From Candidatus Limnocylindrales bacterium (lineage in GTDB: Bacteria > Chloroflexota > Limnocylindria > Limnocylindrales > CSP1-4), in NCBI GenBank assembly GCA_035692005.1, contig DASSII010000101.1, positions 35,470 to 99,469 of the forward strand: a DNA stretch of 64,000 nucleotides. Direction: 5' to 3'. Positions within the stretch are counted from its first letter, which is position 1, and each line of letters starts with the position of its first letter. Under the pieces are notes generated by a model. That model saw only the letters and a program-made list of their open reading frames with translations, searched no databases and was not told the origin of the DNA. This document shows positions 38,263-47,899 of the stretch, piece after piece. Position numbers and translations under genes: made by a program.

Positions 38263-38744
38263 CGGTCCGGCCCCGGGACGCTGGCCGCCGCGGCCAGGAC
38301 GGCATCCACGATCTGGGCGTAGCCGGTGCATCGACAGAGGTTGCCCTCGAGGCCGTGGATCACCGCTTCGCGCGTCGGGTGCGGGTCCTCCTCGAGCAGC
38401 GCCGTCGCCGCCATGAGCATGCCCGGCGTGCAGAAGCCGCACTGGAATCCGGCGTGGTCGATGAACGACTGCTGGAGGGGGCTCAACGACCCGTCGGTCG
38501 AGAGGCCCTCCACGGTCCGGACCTCACGCCCGTCGGCATCGGCCGCCAGGTAGGTGCAGGCGCTGACCGCCAGGTCGTCTACGAGGACCGTGCACGCGCC
38601 ACACACCTGCGCGTCGCACGAGATCTTGGTCCCCGTCAGGGAGAGCCGCTCGCGCAGCACCTCGCCGAGGGTCGTTCGCGGCTCGATCTGCAGGGCGTGC
38701 GCCCGAGCGTTGACTGACAGCTCCAGCTCGATCGTGTCACGCAT
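38259..38744 (-). CDS. (2Fe-2S)-binding small subunit of molybdenum hydroxylase
   Basis: 'CDAQVCGACTV' and 'GFQCGFCTPGM...NLCRCTGY' are the two 2Fe-2S motifs. A GGGAGG RBS lies 9 nt upstream. Confidence 0.85.
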   Translation of the reverse strand: MRDTIELELSVNARAHALQIEPRTTLGEVLRERLSLTGTKISCDAQVCGACTVLVDDLAVSACTYLAADADGREVRTVEGLSTDGSLSPLQQSFIDHAGFQCGFCTPGMLMAATALLEEDPHPTREAVIHGLEGNLCRCTGYAQIVDAVLAAAASVPGPDR

Positions 38745-39612
38745 GTGCGCTGGCCTCCCGGACGGCGCCGCGGACCGCTCGACCGAGCAGGACGCCGGCA
38801 AGGTGTCGTTTGTACTCGGGAGACCCGTTCAGGTCGGCGGCGATGTCCAGGCCGCTGAACGCCTCGACGGCCGATCGGTGCGCCACGCCCAGCCCGTCCC
38901 CGGAGGTGTCGACACCCTCGAGAGCCGCGCCGGCGCCCGGGACGAGCGTCGGCGCCTCGGTCAGCGATCCGACGGCGACGATCGCGCGACGGATACGCCC
39001 GTCCATCACGCTGAGCGACACCGCCACGGACGCCGCCGGTCGCTCGAAGAAGGCGATCTTGTCGTAGGCGCGCCCCGTCGCCGGATCGGCCGGCGGCACG
39101 TGGATGGCGACGATGACCTCGTCCGGCTCGCGTGCGGTTGACAGCGGCCCCAGGACGAACTCGCCGATGGCCAGCTCGCGACGGCCGTTCGGACCGGCGA
39201 GCTCCACCGTCGCCCCGCAGGCAAGAAGGAACGTGGCGGGATCCGAATGCGGCTCGGCGAACGCGAGGTTGCCACCGAGCGTGCCGGTATTGCGGACCCG
39301 GACATTGGCCACGCGCGCCGCGAGGGCGGCCAGAGAGGGCAGGTGCTGCCGGACGATCGGCGAACGTTCGATGGCGCGGTGGGTGGTCGCCGCGCCGATG
39401 CGCAGCCGCCCGTCTGGCGCGATGTCGATCCCTCGCAGATCGTCGATGCCCTTGAGGTCGATCAGGGTGCCGAACTGGGCGAAGCCCATCTTCATGACCT
39501 GCAGGAGCTCGGTCCCGCCGGCCAGGTAGGCAGCGTCGCCATCGTGGTCGGCATGAGCCGCGAAGGCGTCCAGGAGCGTCGCGGGGCGGGTCAGCGAGAA
39601 GCGCGGGATCAC
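38737..39612 (-). CDS. FAD-binding medium subunit (CoxM/XdhB-like) of molybdenum hydroxylase
   Basis: 'AYLAGGTELLQVMKMG' and 'NTGTLGGNLAFAEPHSDP' mark the FAD-binding PCMH domain. The GTG start is at 39612. Confidence 0.75.
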   Translation of the reverse strand: MIPRFSLTRPATLLDAFAAHADHDGDAAYLAGGTELLQVMKMGFAQFGTLIDLKGIDDLRGIDIAPDGRLRIGAATTHRAIERSPIVRQHLPSLAALAARVANVRVRNTGTLGGNLAFAEPHSDPATFLLACGATVELAGPNGRRELAIGEFVLGPLSTAREPDEVIVAIHVPPADPATGRAYDKIAFFERPAASVAVSLSVMDGRIRRAIVAVGSLTEAPTLVPGAGAALEGVDTSGDGLGVAHRSAVEAFSGLDIAADLNGSPEYKRHLAGVLLGRAVRGAVREASAHA

Positions 39613-39688
39613 GGGCGACCTCGATCGCAGTTGGGTCCCCGTGCCGGCGCGGGGCGGATCCAATCGTAGCAGGCTAGTCCCGGATCGT

Positions 39689-39735
39689 GGGTACAAACCT
39701 TCTGATATTGTCTACGCTACGTACCCGACTGGTAC
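39689..39735. promoter_or_regulatory. AT-rich promoter box with inverted repeats GGGTAC-N26-GTACCC and GTACC-N5-GGTAC upstream of the cupin gene
   Basis: A local AT-rich island in 70% GC DNA. It contains 'GGGTACAAACC', and a GGAGGA RBS and GTG start follow. Confidence 0.4.
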
Positions 39736-39763
39736 CAGTGCTTGCACCGATCCGGAGGAACCT

Positions 39764-40282
39764 GTGTCCGACGCCAACAAGCTGGTCACCCGCGACGAGC
39801 AGCCGCTCAGCGGCACCGCCATCACCGAGATGACCCAGCGGGAGCAGTGGAACAAGAAGCACCCGCCGGTCGAGGCCACGATCGTCAAGGACCTCAAGAC
39901 GACCGAGCTCGTGGCCCGTGAGTATCGTGGGACCAAGGCCCGGTTCTACCGGCTGTCGGGGGCCATCCGACTCCAGCCGCACCTGTCCGAGCTGCCGCCT
40001 GGCCACGCGTCGGTCAACCACCGCCACACGACGGAGGCGGTGCTCTACATCGTCAAGGGCAAGGGCCATACCACGATGGGCTACGACGGCGAGGAGCTCG
40101 AGCGGGTCGACTGGGAGGAAGGCGACCTCATCGGCATCCCGCTGTGGGCCTGGCACCAGCACTTCAACGACTCGGACACCGAGACCGCGCGCTACCTGGC
40201 CATCCAGGACACCTTCACGGTGAAGTCCATGGGATTGCACCAGATCGAGCGCCATCCCGACAGCCCGGAGGGCGACGAGTAG
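39764..40282 (+). CDS. Cupin-domain protein (single cupin)
   Basis: Cupin motif 'PGHASVNHRHTTEAVLYIVKGKG'. A GGAGGA RBS lies 5 nt upstream of the GTG. Confidence 0.65.
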   Translation: MSDANKLVTRDEQPLSGTAITEMTQREQWNKKHPPVEATIVKDLKTTELVAREYRGTKARFYRLSGAIRLQPHLSELPPGHASVNHRHTTEAVLYIVKGKGHTTMGYDGEELERVDWEEGDLIGIPLWAWHQHFNDSDTETARYLAIQDTFTVKSMGLHQIERHPDSPEGDE

Positions 40283-40315
40283 GTCGTCGCCCGGGACCGG
40301 GACGGTTCGGCCCCG

Positions 40316-41032
40316 TCAGCCAGCGACGGCGGGGCGCTCGGGCGCGACGGAACGCAGGTAGTCGAGCACCGTATCGAGCGGGACGACATCGGCGTACTTC
40401 TGGTCCATGTCGTACAGGTTGATGGCGTGCGACGCCTCGTCGCGATCGAACACGCACGGTTCCGGCACGAGGACCCGGTAGCGGTAGCTCTTCCCATCGA
40501 CGACCGTCGCGCGGACACAGCCGCTGGTGGACTCCCCGGCGATCACCAGCGTGTCGATGCCGAGGCTCACCAGGTGGCCGATGAGCGAGGTGCCCCAGAA
40601 GGCGCTGGGGGAGTTCTTGCGCAGGACGACCTCCCCGTCGATCGGGGTCAGGCCGTCCATGATGTCGTAGCGCCGCCGTTGTCGTTCGAGGCCCGCCTCG
40701 TCCTCCCGACGGCCGCCGCGCGGCGTCGCCTCGCGCCAGCCCGGCATCCCGGCCATGCCGGTGATATGGACGACCGGGATCTCCAGGGCCCGAGCGTGTC
40801 CGAGGAGTCGTTCGATGTGCGGCAGCGCTTCCCAGCCGGCCAGCCCGCAGCTGCCTGGCCACGTCTTGATCGCGTCCAGGAGCGGCTCGGGCGCATCGCC
40901 GAAGGCTCCGCGGTACAGATCCACCATCAACAGGGCCGGTTTCGAACCGGCGCCCTTGCGAGCCGCCGGCTCGAGGCCGGAGCGGACGCGGTCTCGCTCG
41001 GACAGATATGGGTCCCAGACGCGCTCGACCAT
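40316..41032 (-). CDS. Isochorismatase-family cysteine hydrolase (amidase-like)
   Basis: 'ALLMVDLYRGAFG', 'VVHITGM' and 'LVIAGESTSGCVRATVVDG' (catalytic Cys). A GGGAGG RBS is present. Confidence 0.75.
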   Translation of the reverse strand: MVERVWDPYLSERDRVRSGLEPAARKGAGSKPALLMVDLYRGAFGDAPEPLLDAIKTWPGSCGLAGWEALPHIERLLGHARALEIPVVHITGMAGMPGWREATPRGGRREDEAGLERQRRRYDIMDGLTPIDGEVVLRKNSPSAFWGTSLIGHLVSLGIDTLVIAGESTSGCVRATVVDGKSYRYRVLVPEPCVFDRDEASHAINLYDMDQKYADVVPLDTVLDYLRSVAPERPAVAG

Positions 41033-41079
41033 GGATGGGCCTCCCTCATCGGACCGGCGGCTACGGGCGTGACACCGCC

Positions 41080-41111
41080 GAGGACCGTCGGATTGAACAC
41101 AAAGCGTTGGA
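41080..41111. promoter_or_regulatory. Inverted-repeat box GGAT-tgaac-ACAAAG-N7-CTTTGT-ATCC in the divergent isochorismatase/bicupin promoter region
   Basis: An AT-rich island. The rc contains 'GGATACAAAG', similar to the boxes at 44890, 51540 and 61677. Confidence 0.4.
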
Positions 41112-41222
41112 CTTTGTATCCTACGTGCTGCGATCGTCGACGACATGGCGCGGGCCGCGACAGACGACCCGGTCCGTCGGCCGCCCTGTTCGTCCCGGCC
41201 CCGATTACGAGGAAGCTCACCC

Positions 41223-42356
41223 ATGAGCGAGACCTGGCGCCCGGTCACCCGGCTCGAGCGGGCCGACTTCTACGCTGACTGGCTGGCTGCGAGCCAGCGC
41301 AACGCCATGGACGTCGAGCGCTCACCGATCGTCGCGCGCGGCCGCGACCTGACCTGGATCGAGACCCCGAACGAATACCGGATCGCGATGCTCATCGGCA
41401 ACCATGTCGGCTTCCCCACGAACGGCACCAACCTGTGCACGGTGGCCATCCCCGCCGGTCACCATACGGGACGCCACCGCCACGGCGAGGAGGCGATCCA
41501 CATCCTCCGTGGCTCGGGCTTCGTCGTGGTGGCCGGTCGGCGCTACGACATCCGTCCGGGCACGACCATCCACGTCCCCTACATGGACGACCATCAGTTG
41601 TTCAACACCGGGGCGTCGGACCTCGAATACGTGTCCGCGTCGACGATCGACCTGGACCTCTTCGTCAAGCTCGGCCGGCTCGAGCAACTCGACGAGAAGG
41701 GCCCGAACGAGCCGGGCGTCGAAGCCGCGTTCCCGGCCGAGGCCGGTCAGTTCGACTCGCTCGATCGGCGGATCGCCCTGCATCTGGAGGACGCTCCCAA
41801 CGAGGCCGACCGCCAACGCCGGAAGCAGGCCGCCGCCGAAGTCGACGAGCCTCCCCACGCCGACGAGAGCGGGTCCCGGCGCCACGACCACGACCGCCAC
41901 CAGGGTGGCGGCCATGGGTCCGACGACGCTGCCGGGCCGGGCAAGCGCCTGATCAAGAGCACCCATCCCCATCGCCACGGGGCGATCTTCAACCTGATGG
42001 GTGGCGGCGAGAGCCATAGCGAGCTCCGCAACGGCTTCACCGCGACGACGGTGGCCATGACCCAGATCTTCGAGGAGGTCCCTCACACCTCCAGCCACTG
42101 CCACACGCACACCGAGGCCGTCCTGTACGTGCTCGAGGGAGTCGGCTTCTCCGAGATCGACGACGAGCACTACGACTGGGAGGCCGGCGATGCCGTGCAG
42201 ATCCCACCCAAGATGACCCGGCACGAACATTTCAATCCGTCCGACCGGCAGACGCGGACCCTCCGCATCGAGTACGGGATCCGGTATTTCTATGAGCAGC
42301 TCTGGCCGGGGTACTTCAAGGTGGAGCACCGCGAGACCTCGATCGAGCGGCCCTAG
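41223..42356 (+). CDS. Bicupin dioxygenase-like protein (gentisate 1,2-dioxygenase family) with a His/Asp-rich inter-domain linker
   Basis: Two cupin motifs: 'PAGHHTGRHRHGEEAIHILRGSG' and 'HCHTHTEAVLYVLEGVG'. The linker is 'HADESGSRRHDHDRHQGGGHGSDD'. A GAGGAAG RBS is present. Confidence 0.7.
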   Translation: MSETWRPVTRLERADFYADWLAASQRNAMDVERSPIVARGRDLTWIETPNEYRIAMLIGNHVGFPTNGTNLCTVAIPAGHHTGRHRHGEEAIHILRGSGFVVVAGRRYDIRPGTTIHVPYMDDHQLFNTGASDLEYVSASTIDLDLFVKLGRLEQLDEKGPNEPGVEAAFPAEAGQFDSLDRRIALHLEDAPNEADRQRRKQAAAEVDEPPHADESGSRRHDHDRHQGGGHGSDDAAGPGKRLIKSTHPHRHGAIFNLMGGGESHSELRNGFTATTVAMTQIFEEVPHTSSHCHTHTEAVLYVLEGVGFSEIDDEHYDWEAGDAVQIPPKMTRHEHFNPSDRQTRTLRIEYGIRYFYEQLWPGYFKVEHRETSIERP

Positions 42357-42382
42357 CGCGCCCGCATCCGCCCAGTCGACCG

Positions 42383-43357
42383 ATGCGGTGCCTGCCTGCC
42401 CACCACTTCACCGTCGCGAAGGCGGTGTCGTGGCGCGCGGCGATCGACGAGGACCCGGTCTACCAGCGTGGTGGCGACGCGTGGACGCTCCAGCAGCGGC
42501 AGCGGTTCATCGATTCCCTGCTGAACGGCTATGACGTCCCCAAGATCTACCTCCATGACCTGCGAGGTCGGCACCCCACCAAGGTCTATGCCATCGTCGA
42601 CGGCAAGCAGCGTCTGACCGCGATCTGGTCGTACCTGGCGGACGGTTTCCCACTGGCGGATGGTGTTCGGCTCGAGGCACCGCCGCCCGAGTTCGAGCGA
42701 CAAGGCGTCGAGGCCTCCGACGGACCCAGGCGCTTCTCCGAATTGCAGCCGGCCTGGCGCCGGCGGCTGCTCGAGACCTACCTGTCGGTCGTCCTCATTC
42801 GCGACGCCGACGAGGCCGCCATCGACGAGTTGTTCGCGCGTCTCAACTCCGGCGTTCCGCTGACGGCCGCCGAACGCCGCAATGCCAGCGGCGGAGACCT
42901 TGCCGCGCTGGTCCGGGAGCTCGCTGCCCGTCCCGACCTGGCCGAGCTGTTGCCGTTTCGGGACGAACGCGGTTCGCACCGCGAGGTGGCCGCGGCGGTG
43001 CTGGCCTTGGCCGCGATCGAAGCTGGCGTGTCGAAAGCGCCGGCAGTCCTCGACGACGGCGTGCTCGACGACCTCGTCCAGGACCATCGACGGCTCGATC
43101 CGGCGATCCGCGCCACCCTCGAAGCAGGCGTCGAGCGTCGGCTCGCGTCGGCCGGCCGGGCATTCGATCGCGACGATCAACGGCTGGCCACACCACGGCA
43201 GGCGATCGCGGCCCTGCACGCGGCGTACCTCGCCGAGTCGGGCGACGTCGATGCGCCCGCAGGACACGCCGACGCCGGGTCAGGCGGGGTCACACTCAGG
43301 TCCGGCCGAGCGACGGATCAGGTCGGCGCAGCCCAACGGTCGAAGCGCACGGGATAG
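42383..43357 (+). CDS. DUF262 (ParB/Srx-like nuclease superfamily) domain protein
   Basis: 'PVYQRGGDAWTLQQRQRFIDSLLNGYDVPKIYLH' and 'YAIVDGKQRLTAI' are the DUF262 signature (DGQQR-like). There is no C-terminal DUF1524/HNH domain. Confidence 0.65.
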   Translation: MRCLPAHHFTVAKAVSWRAAIDEDPVYQRGGDAWTLQQRQRFIDSLLNGYDVPKIYLHDLRGRHPTKVYAIVDGKQRLTAIWSYLADGFPLADGVRLEAPPPEFERQGVEASDGPRRFSELQPAWRRRLLETYLSVVLIRDADEAAIDELFARLNSGVPLTAAERRNASGGDLAALVRELAARPDLAELLPFRDERGSHREVAAAVLALAAIEAGVSKAPAVLDDGVLDDLVQDHRRLDPAIRATLEAGVERRLASAGRAFDRDDQRLATPRQAIAALHAAYLAESGDVDAPAGHADAGSGGVTLRSGRATDQVGAAQRSKRTG

Positions 43358-44583
43358 CTGGCCCAGCGGGTGAACCGTTCCGTTCGGGTGTCGCGTCGCG
43401 GCGCTCGTTCGGGATCCGGGTGGATGCCGCGCCGCGCCACCTCGCGGATCTCGAGCGCGACGAGCCCGAAGATGTGCTCCGGATCCAGGTCGGCGTGGGC
43501 GGGGACGGGGAAGCCGCCGGCGACCGAGCGCCCCGGGCACTGGTGGGCACCCGCGCCGAAGGACAGGCCCCATCGCGGTGCGCCCGAGTCGATGACCCGG
43601 TCGGGGTCGAAGCGGTCCGCGTCATCGCCGAACAGCTCGCGATCGCGGTTGCCCGCCGCGGCATCGAGCACGATCAGGCTGTCCCGTGGTGCCACACGGC
43701 CGGCGACCACCGTGTCGGTTTCGACGCGACGTCGGATGCGGGGCGTCGTCGGCCGGAGCCGGAGGGTCTCGTGGACGACCCGCTGGCAGAATCCCAGGTC
43801 GTCGGCGCAGCGCGCGACGAGCGCAGGCTGGTCGGGCCCCGCGTCGGCCTCGAACAGCAGGTCGAACGCGTTGGCCATCGTCTGGGCGCTCGTGTGCGTG
43901 CCACCCTGCAGGTAGGTCGCCACCTCGCGGACGACCCGTCCCGCGTCCGCCAGCTCGAGTCTCGCGTCGTCGCGATGTTGCAGGAGCACCGACAGGATGT
44001 CGTGGGGCAGCACCTCGTCGCCGAGCGAATCGCGCCGATCGCGCTCGATCAGTGCGGCCCGACGTTCCCACGACGGGCGCAGCCAGTCGCGCTCGAACGT
44101 GGCGTATGTCTCGACGACGAGTCGTCGCACGGCTTCGGGATCCCTGGCGTCCAGGATGGCGCTGCCTTGCGAGAAGACGTCGACGTAGCGGACGAGCTCG
44201 CGCAGCTGCGCGAGGTCCTGCTCGTCGACATCGATGCCGGCTCGGAGCGCGGCCAGCACGACGGACAGCACCTCTGCGACGGCGAACAGGTCCACTGACG
44301 GCCCGTCGACCACCCGGTCGAGGAGATCGTTGAGGACCCTGGGGAACAGATCGCGCTCGTAGAGGCGCAGGACGTCGGGACGGAACTGCGAGTTCTCGAT
44401 CCGCCGCCGCATCCGATGCACCGGCCCGTGGCTGGTCGACACGACGCCGTCGCGGATGTTGCCCTCGTCGTACGTCCGGCGATCAAACGTTCGCGACAGT
44501 TCCGGGTGGAACAGCGCTTCACGGATGTCCTCGTATCGATCGAGCACGATCGTCGTCGTGAACGTCGTCAGCAGTGCTCCCAC
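43318..44583 (-). CDS. Cytochrome P450
   Basis: Heme loop 'FGAGAHQCPGRSVA' and ExxR 'ETLRLR'. Confidence 0.85.
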   Translation of the reverse strand: MGALLTTFTTTIVLDRYEDIREALFHPELSRTFDRRTYDEGNIRDGVVSTSHGPVHRMRRRIENSQFRPDVLRLYERDLFPRVLNDLLDRVVDGPSVDLFAVAEVLSVVLAALRAGIDVDEQDLAQLRELVRYVDVFSQGSAILDARDPEAVRRLVVETYATFERDWLRPSWERRAALIERDRRDSLGDEVLPHDILSVLLQHRDDARLELADAGRVVREVATYLQGGTHTSAQTMANAFDLLFEADAGPDQPALVARCADDLGFCQRVVHETLRLRPTTPRIRRRVETDTVVAGRVAPRDSLIVLDAAAGNRDRELFGDDADRFDPDRVIDSGAPRWGLSFGAGAHQCPGRSVAGGFPVPAHADLDPEHIFGLVALEIREVARRGIHPDPERAPRRDTRTERFTRWASYPVRFDRWAAPT

Positions 44584-44604
44584 GGACCATCCTCCCTGGA
44601 CGCC

Positions 44605-44838
44605 TCAGCGTCCATTCGATCGATACACGACCTCACCGTCGCGGACGATGTCGATCGCCTGGGTCGGGCAGCCGCGCGCCGCCTGGACGAGCACCTCGAA
44701 AGCGGTGCCGGCGACGCCGTTCGCGAGGGCGACCGAGACACCCTGGTCCTCGTCCAACTGGAAGGCGGCCGGTGCGAGGCGCGTGCAGTCGCCCGACCCG
44801 ATGCACAACTCGGGGTCCACCCTGCTCTCGATGGTCAC
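44605..44838 (-). CDS. Small [3Fe-4S]/[4Fe-4S] ferredoxin, P450 redox partner
   Basis: 'DPELCIGSGDC...RGCPTQAI' in 77 aa. A GAGGAGGA RBS lies before the GTG, and the gene ends 21 nt upstream of the P450 start. Confidence 0.7.
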   Translation of the reverse strand: MTIESRVDPELCIGSGDCTRLAPAAFQLDEDQGVSVALANGVAGTAFEVLVQAARGCPTQAIDIVRDGEVVYRSNGR

Positions 44839-44889
44839 GCGTTCCTCCTCGTCGACTTGACCTCGCTTCGGCCGGTGCTTGCCAGGACC

Positions 44890-44926
44890 GGATTGTACGC
44901 AGGACTGGTGACAGAGGATACAATCC
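44890..44926. promoter_or_regulatory. Perfect 8-bp inverted repeat GGATTGTA-N21-TACAATCC in the divergent fdx-P450 / aldehyde dehydrogenase promoter region
   Basis: Seen directly in the sequence. The right arm contains a TACAAT −10-like hexamer. Confidence 0.45.
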
Positions 44927-44976
44927 GGGAGCCTTGGCGCCGCCGGCGCCGACCGTGGATGCGAGGCCGACCGCCG

Positions 44977-46479
44977 ATGCTCATCGACCGGGTGCTCGAT
45001 GCCGAACCGACCCACCCGCCTCGCCTCGCGTCGTGGGTCGGCGGCGCGTACGAGGCGGCGGGCCCGGATGTGGCCGCAGACATCGCGGTCGACGATCCCG
45101 CCACCGGCCGAAGGCTGGCCACGCTGACGGAAGCGGGCGCGAACGGTGTCGATCGAGCCGTCGACGCGGCCGCGGCGGCCCTCCCCGGGTGGCGATCGAT
45201 GGCGGTCCGTGAGCGGGCCGCTCGGGTGACGCAGTTCGCCGAGCGGATCGCCCAGACGGCGGAGTCGCTCGCCCGGCTCGATAGCCTCGACACAGGGAAT
45301 CCGCTGACCGCGATGCGTGCGGACATCGCCAAGGGCGTGGCCGGCCTGCGCGATTCCGCCGGCCTGGCCATGCAGATGATCGGCGAGGTCTTCCCGCTCC
45401 CGGGCCTGCACTACACCCGGCGCGAGCCGTGGGGCGTCGTCGGCCGGATGATCACGTTCAATCACCCGGCCATGTTCACGTGCGCCCGACTGGGCCCGGC
45501 ACTGGTGGCCGGCAACACCGTCGTCCTCAAGCCATCGGAGCTCGCGTCGCTATCACCGTTGGCGATCGCCGAGTTGACCGCCGGTCTGTTTCCTGACGGC
45601 GTCGTCAACGTCGTGGTCGGCGGACCGGCCACCGGCGAGGCGCTGGTCCGTCAGCCCCGCGTCGAGCGACTGTCGTTCACCGGAAGCACCGCCACCGCAT
45701 TGCGTATCCAGGCGACGGCCGCGGCGACCGGTCGGATCAAGGCGCTCAGCTTCGAGCTCGGCGGCAAGAATCCCATCGTCGTGTTCGAGGACGTCGACGT
45801 CGACGAGGCCGCGGCGGCCATCGTCCGCGGCATGAACTTCACCCGCGTCCAGGGCCAGAGCTGCGGTTCGACCAGCCGCCTCGTGATCCACGCCTCCATC
45901 GCCGAGGCGGTGCTGGCACGCGTCGCCGCAGCGGCGGGGCGCATCCGCGTCGGCCTGCCCAGCGATCCGGCCACCGAGATGGGCTCGCTCATCGACCGCG
46001 CCGCGCGGGACCGATGCCTGGCCGTCGTCGACCGCGCCGTCGCCGGCGGGGCGCGGATCATCGCGGGCGGGAAGGTGCCCAAGGCGGCCGAGCTCGCCGC
46101 CGGTGCCTTTCTGCAGCCGACCGTCCTGACCGACGTGGCGCCGGGCTCCGAGCTGGCGCTCGAGGAGGTATTCGGTCCCGTGCTCGCAGCGATGACGTTC
46201 ACGACCGAATCGGAGGCGCTGGCGCTGGCGAACGACGGCCCGTACGGGCTGACGGCCGCGGTCTGGACCCAGGATCTGGACCGCGCATTCCGCGTCGTCG
46301 ACGGCCTGCACGCCGGCTACATCTGGGTCAACGATGTCGAGACCCGGTTCCCGGCGGTCCCGTTCGGGGGCTGGGGCGACTCCGGCATCGGCGTCGAGCA
46401 CGGGCTCGCCGAGATCCTGTCGTTCACCCGGATCAAGGCCGTCAACGTCCGCCTGCGCCCCGCCACGCCAACGGAATGA
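44977..46479 (+). CDS. NAD(P)-dependent aldehyde dehydrogenase
   Basis: 'FELGGKNP', 'GQSCGSTSR' (catalytic Cys) and 'EEVFGPV'. Confidence 0.85.
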   Translation: MLIDRVLDAEPTHPPRLASWVGGAYEAAGPDVAADIAVDDPATGRRLATLTEAGANGVDRAVDAAAAALPGWRSMAVRERAARVTQFAERIAQTAESLARLDSLDTGNPLTAMRADIAKGVAGLRDSAGLAMQMIGEVFPLPGLHYTRREPWGVVGRMITFNHPAMFTCARLGPALVAGNTVVLKPSELASLSPLAIAELTAGLFPDGVVNVVVGGPATGEALVRQPRVERLSFTGSTATALRIQATAAATGRIKALSFELGGKNPIVVFEDVDVDEAAAAIVRGMNFTRVQGQSCGSTSRLVIHASIAEAVLARVAAAAGRIRVGLPSDPATEMGSLIDRAARDRCLAVVDRAVAGGARIIAGGKVPKAAELAAGAFLQPTVLTDVAPGSELALEEVFGPVLAAMTFTTESEALALANDGPYGLTAAVWTQDLDRAFRVVDGLHAGYIWVNDVETRFPAVPFGGWGDSGIGVEHGLAEILSFTRIKAVNVRLRPATPTE

Positions 46480-46534
46480 CGGCAGGCGCGGTCAAGCCGG
46501 CGGCCGATCGCCTGCTCACGGGGACGCGCCGAGG

Positions 46535-47899
46535 CTAGCGCGCAGCGGGCGCGGTCGAACCCTGCTCAGCGACGGGCTCGAGATCGGCCGCCGCGTCGTC
46601 CGGCCGTGCAGCAAGCATCTGCCAGGCGCGACGCGTGGCGAACAGCCCGATCGGTGCCAGGATCGCGCCGGCGATCGCCGCCTGCTGTGCGCCCACCAGC
46701 GCTGCCAGACTGCCGACGACGAGGGCGGTGATCGGTCGGTTGCCGAGGTGGGCGGTCTGATGGAAGGCCATGACGCGGCCTCGCACGACGTCCGGCACCT
46801 CCAGCTGGAGCGTGCCCGTCAGCACCGGGAAACAGAGCGAAAAGCCGAAGCCGATCAGGCCCACGGCGACCAGCACGACCGCCAGCGATGGGGCCAGGGC
46901 CGTGCCGGCCAGCCCGATCGCCTGGAGGATGAGGCCCAGTGCGACCATCGCCCGCGACAGGTTCCGTCGTCGCAACGGCACGAACGCGATCAGCGCCAGG
47001 GCCGAACCGACGCTCTGTGCGGCCACGACGATGCCGGCCGCGCTCTCGGGCTGCCCGAGGCCCTCGACCACGATCGCGGGCGACAACGTTCGGACGACCT
47101 CGAGCGGGGCACTCACCGAGACGATCCCGATCAGCAGCGCGACCACCCACGAGTGCTCCCGCACGTACGATCCACCGCTGGCGGAGATGCGCCGTCCCGC
47201 GTCCCGGATGGCAGGAGCGGCTGAGCGGGTCCCGAGACCGTGGCGCTGCAGGTAGAGCATGCTCACGATCGGGCCGAGATAGGTCAGGGCATTGATGGTG
47301 AACGCCCAGGCGGCGCCGGCCGTGGCCATCACCAGGGCGGCGATGAGCGGACCGCTGATCTGGCCGAGGATGAACTGGAGCGTGTTCAGGCCGACGGCGT
47401 CGGTCACCTCATCGCGTGGCACGAGCCCCGGTAGGAGCGCGATCAACGACGGTTTCGCCATCGCATAGGTCGTGTTGAGCGCGAAGAAGACGGCGATGAG
47501 GTGGACCTCGCGCGCGATGCCGGCGAAGGTGATGACCGCCAGGCCAGCTGCGAGGATGCCGGACACGACGTGGGTCACGATGACGACCCGGCGCCGGTCG
47601 ACTCGATCGGACACGACCCCACCGGCGATGGAGAACAGGAAGATCGGCAGGAAGCCGGCGAAGTTCAGCAGGCCGACGGCCAACGCCGAGCCGGACAGCT
47701 GATAGACGAAGATCGAGCCCGCTACGGCCTGCAGCCACGACCCGAGGTTGGAGACCAGTCCGCCGGCCCAGTAGATCGCGAATGGCCGATGGCGGAATGG
47801 GCCGAGACGGCTCGTCCAGCCGCCTGGGGCACCGGCGGCGGTCGGCGGCGGCAGGCTCACGGGCGAGACCGGTGGTGGACAATCCTCATCATGATGCAT
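46535..47899 (-). CDS. MFS transporter (12 TMS)
   Basis: A hydrophobic 455-aa protein from 'MHHDEDCPP'. The N-terminal 148 aa of the track ORF are R-rich junk. Confidence 0.7.
   Translation of the reverse strand: MHHDEDCPPPVSPVSLPPPTAAGAPGGWTSRLGPFRHRPFAIYWAGGLVSNLGSWLQAVAGSIFVYQLSGSALAVGLLNFAGFLPIFLFSIAGGVVSDRVDRRRVVIVTHVVSGILAAGLAVITFAGIAREVHLIAVFFALNTTYAMAKPSLIALLPGLVPRDEVTDAVGLNTLQFILGQISGPLIAALVMATAGAAWAFTINALTYLGPIVSMLYLQRHGLGTRSAAPAIRDAGRRISASGGSYVREHSWVVALLIGIVSVSAPLEVVRTLSPAIVVEGLGQPESAAGIVVAAQSVGSALALIAFVPLRRRNLSRAMVALGLILQAIGLAGTALAPSLAVVLVAVGLIGFGFSLCFPVLTGTLQLEVPDVVRGRVMAFHQTAHLGNRPITALVVGSLAALVGAQQAAIAGAILAPIGLFATRRAWQMLAARPDDAAADLEPVAEQGSTAPAAR

Noticed and set aside
35944-38322. 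792-aa (+) ORF antisense to the molybdenum hydroxylase large subunit
   Set aside because: No motifs and low-complexity composition; the (−) frame has a full XDH/CoxL architecture.
39641-39763. ORF-track start of the cupin gene at 39641
   Set aside because: That start would run through the AT-rich promoter box; the GTG at 39764 has a GGAGGA RBS 5 nt upstream.
42353-43267. 304-aa (−) ORF antisense to the DUF262 gene
   Set aside because: No recognisable domain; the (+) frame carries the DUF262 YQR/DGxQR signature.
44881-44930. Possibility that the GGATTGTA-N21-TACAATCC box is a transposon terminal inverted repeat
   Set aside because: The arms are only 8 bp apart by 21 nt with no transposase and no target-site duplication. 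An identical geometry occurs at 51540 in another promoter, which fits a regulator site better.
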